DNA of 64,000 bases from Amoebophrya sp. A120 (lineage: Eukaryota; Protista; Dinoflagellata), in the NCBI GenBank assembly GCA_905178155.1, contig CAJINV010000004.1:1391072-1455071 (forward strand). Reading direction: 5' to 3'. Numbering within the stretch: position 1 is the stretch's first letter; each line of letters begins with the position of its first letter. The notes under the pieces were generated by a model, which saw only the letters and a list, made by a program, of their open reading frames with translations, had not been told where the DNA came from and ran no database searches. The position numbers and the translations under genes were made by a program. Of the stretch, positions 62,302 through 64,000 are shown in pieces.

Positions 62302-64000
62302 ATGCTTTGGCACCAGCAGAGTTTCATCTACCCAAAAATCTTGACCCGCTTAGTCGCAGTCTTTGTGCTTTTAGGGTCTTTTCTAAACTACACCCCTCGT
62401 CGTGAACGAGAGGATCATAAAGATATTAAACAAAGAGACAACGGCGCCCTCAATGCAGTTCCGCACTTAATATCGCGGTGGACCACATCAACCTCAGTGT
62501 TTGCTTTCGCCAAGACCTCCGCGGCGCAAAGCAAGAGGAACCATGATCCGGCGGAGCGGCAAGAGAAAGTGGGTGACAAAACCAGGAGTCGAAACCAGAA
62601 CGACCCGTTCGAAGCGTTCAACCTGCAAGATCACGTTGTGCATCACGATGAGAACGCCGCGCTGCGGTTTTACGACGCCTTTTTTCAGACGTCGACTGGA
62701 ACCGCGTCACGCGAGCGGGACGAGCTGCGTGAAGTAGATTCTAAGAAATCAACATTGGCGAGAAGAACAAGAAGTCATGAGCACAGCTCGCACTACCTTG
62801 ACCGTAGTGGACGATCAAGAGGCCTGCAATCCGCCTGCGATTGGACCACTTTCACGTCGTCCGCCCAGCTGGCCGGGTGGCAAGCGTGCGTGAAACTGTA
62901 TCCGCACGCCACCCGGTGGGAGCAGGCCCAAGCGAGCGCGCGATGCCTGTGCGACCACGATGTGGCGTTTGCGTTGGAGTCGACGAACTGTTGCGGGGAA
63001 CAGGACCTCCAGCACATCTGCGACGACAAGGCGCTCTGCTTAACGAGAAACACGGACTGTGTCACCGATGAGGCTAAGGTATGCCTGCGGGAACCGGGGG
63101 ACCCTTATATCTTCAGAACATCGTCTGCTTTAATATCCGTCGACAATAAAAACAGCACGACCGCTGAAGATGGTGGTGGTGGTGCAACTACAAGTACAAC
63201 CGCGACCCCACCGGAGCAAATTATTGAGCCGAGCTGTGCGGAGCTGTGCACGAGTATCAATTCTCGGTCGACAGAGTGCTCCAATAAGTGTTTCGACAAT
63301 GCGAAATGCGCGAAGTACGCCCGGTGTCCCCAGTTGGAACCGAAAGACCACGGGTACGTCTGCGATAACATGGTGCGGGAGCCGACGGTCGGGGGGTGCT
63401 GTCGCCGGTACGATGCCGTGTGGCCGACGAACAACAACTTTTGGTGCCCCCGGTTCTGCAACAACTATATCAAAAGGAAAAATCCCCCCTCCCCATATCG
63501 AGACGAAATTTCTGATGCTGGATTTGCTTACACAAATCGGACCTCTCTTGCAGTACAGGACTGCAGGCCCATATGAAGCCCGAGTAGAGAGGTGCTGGCC
63601 TAGGTGCTTAGCATGAGAAACGTCTATGCTGGAGGCCCAATAGCATCACAAACCGCTTACATAATACTGCGGGGCCTGTGGGGTTGCCTTCTTGCAAGAC
63701 AGAGACGATTTGTAGCCACAAATCAGCATGGCAAAGCTTCTGAGGTGTGCCTTTTCGATATGGGGAGGCGGGATTTTTCCTTACGATAAAGTACGCGGTG
63801 TGGTTTATCCTATGTAAAAATGTCCCCACACCATAGTCAATATGGGAAGTCTGCAACACAAATCCGCAAGTTTTTGGGGTTCTGCATGACAAGTTTCCAT
63901 CTGCAGTGTAGTACTGGCTGGCAAGGAAAGCCGCATGACAAAGCCATTTTCTCGTCCTGTTTACAGCATTACAAATTCCCAAACACGACTGGAAATGCCT
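62302..64000 (+). CDS. Cysteine-rich protein with N-terminal signal/anchor; runs off the window
   Basis: ILTRLVAVFVLLGSFL hydrophobic segment, then a Cys-rich region. The frame continues ...FCN[N/K]YAVW after element removal. Start codon tentative. Confidence 0.7.
63468..63788. mobile_element. Introner family E in reverse orientation (321 bp), TSD AACTA/AAGTA
   Basis: Family-E TIRs; internal sequence reversed relative to 14383 and 34346. Confidence 0.9.
63806..64000. mobile_element. Family B element, truncated by the window end
   Basis: Begins TATCCTATGTAAAAATGTCCCCACACCATAGTCAA, same orientation as 42516. Expected right TSD is TGGTT. Confidence 0.85.

Overview
Eukaryotic, intron-containing genomic DNA read with the standard code. 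About 12 protein-coding genes can be reconstructed, all on the + strand. Recognisable ones are eIF3d, a CAX Ca2+/H+ antiporter and a PHD-finger protein; the rest are hypothetical. The dominant feature is a dense population of non-autonomous terminal-inverted-repeat (TIR) elements that behave as introns (introners). I count 32 distinct insertions in about 54.5 kb of unique sequence: about 10 families with 5'-TA...TA-3' ends (mostly 110-350 bp) and two large fold-back elements with TTA...TAA ends. Each complete copy is flanked by a 5-bp target-site duplication (TSD), imperfect in four cases. Of these, 28 complete copies interrupt coding exons. Removing the element plus one TSD copy restores the reading frame in each case, including conserved eIF3d and CAX motifs, yet only 3 of the 28 offer a precise GT-AG or GC-AG register. 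Copies of one family occur in both orientations within same-strand genes, elements nest inside each other, and a GCAT(G/C/T)ACAA motif is shared across families and with ordinary introns. This architecture resembles the invasive IR/DR introners known from the parasitic dinoflagellate Amoebophrya; that assignment is inference, not verified. No transposase is visible in the window. A 9.4-kb near-identical duplication across a 100-N gap is most likely an assembly artefact. All coordinates were read by eye.
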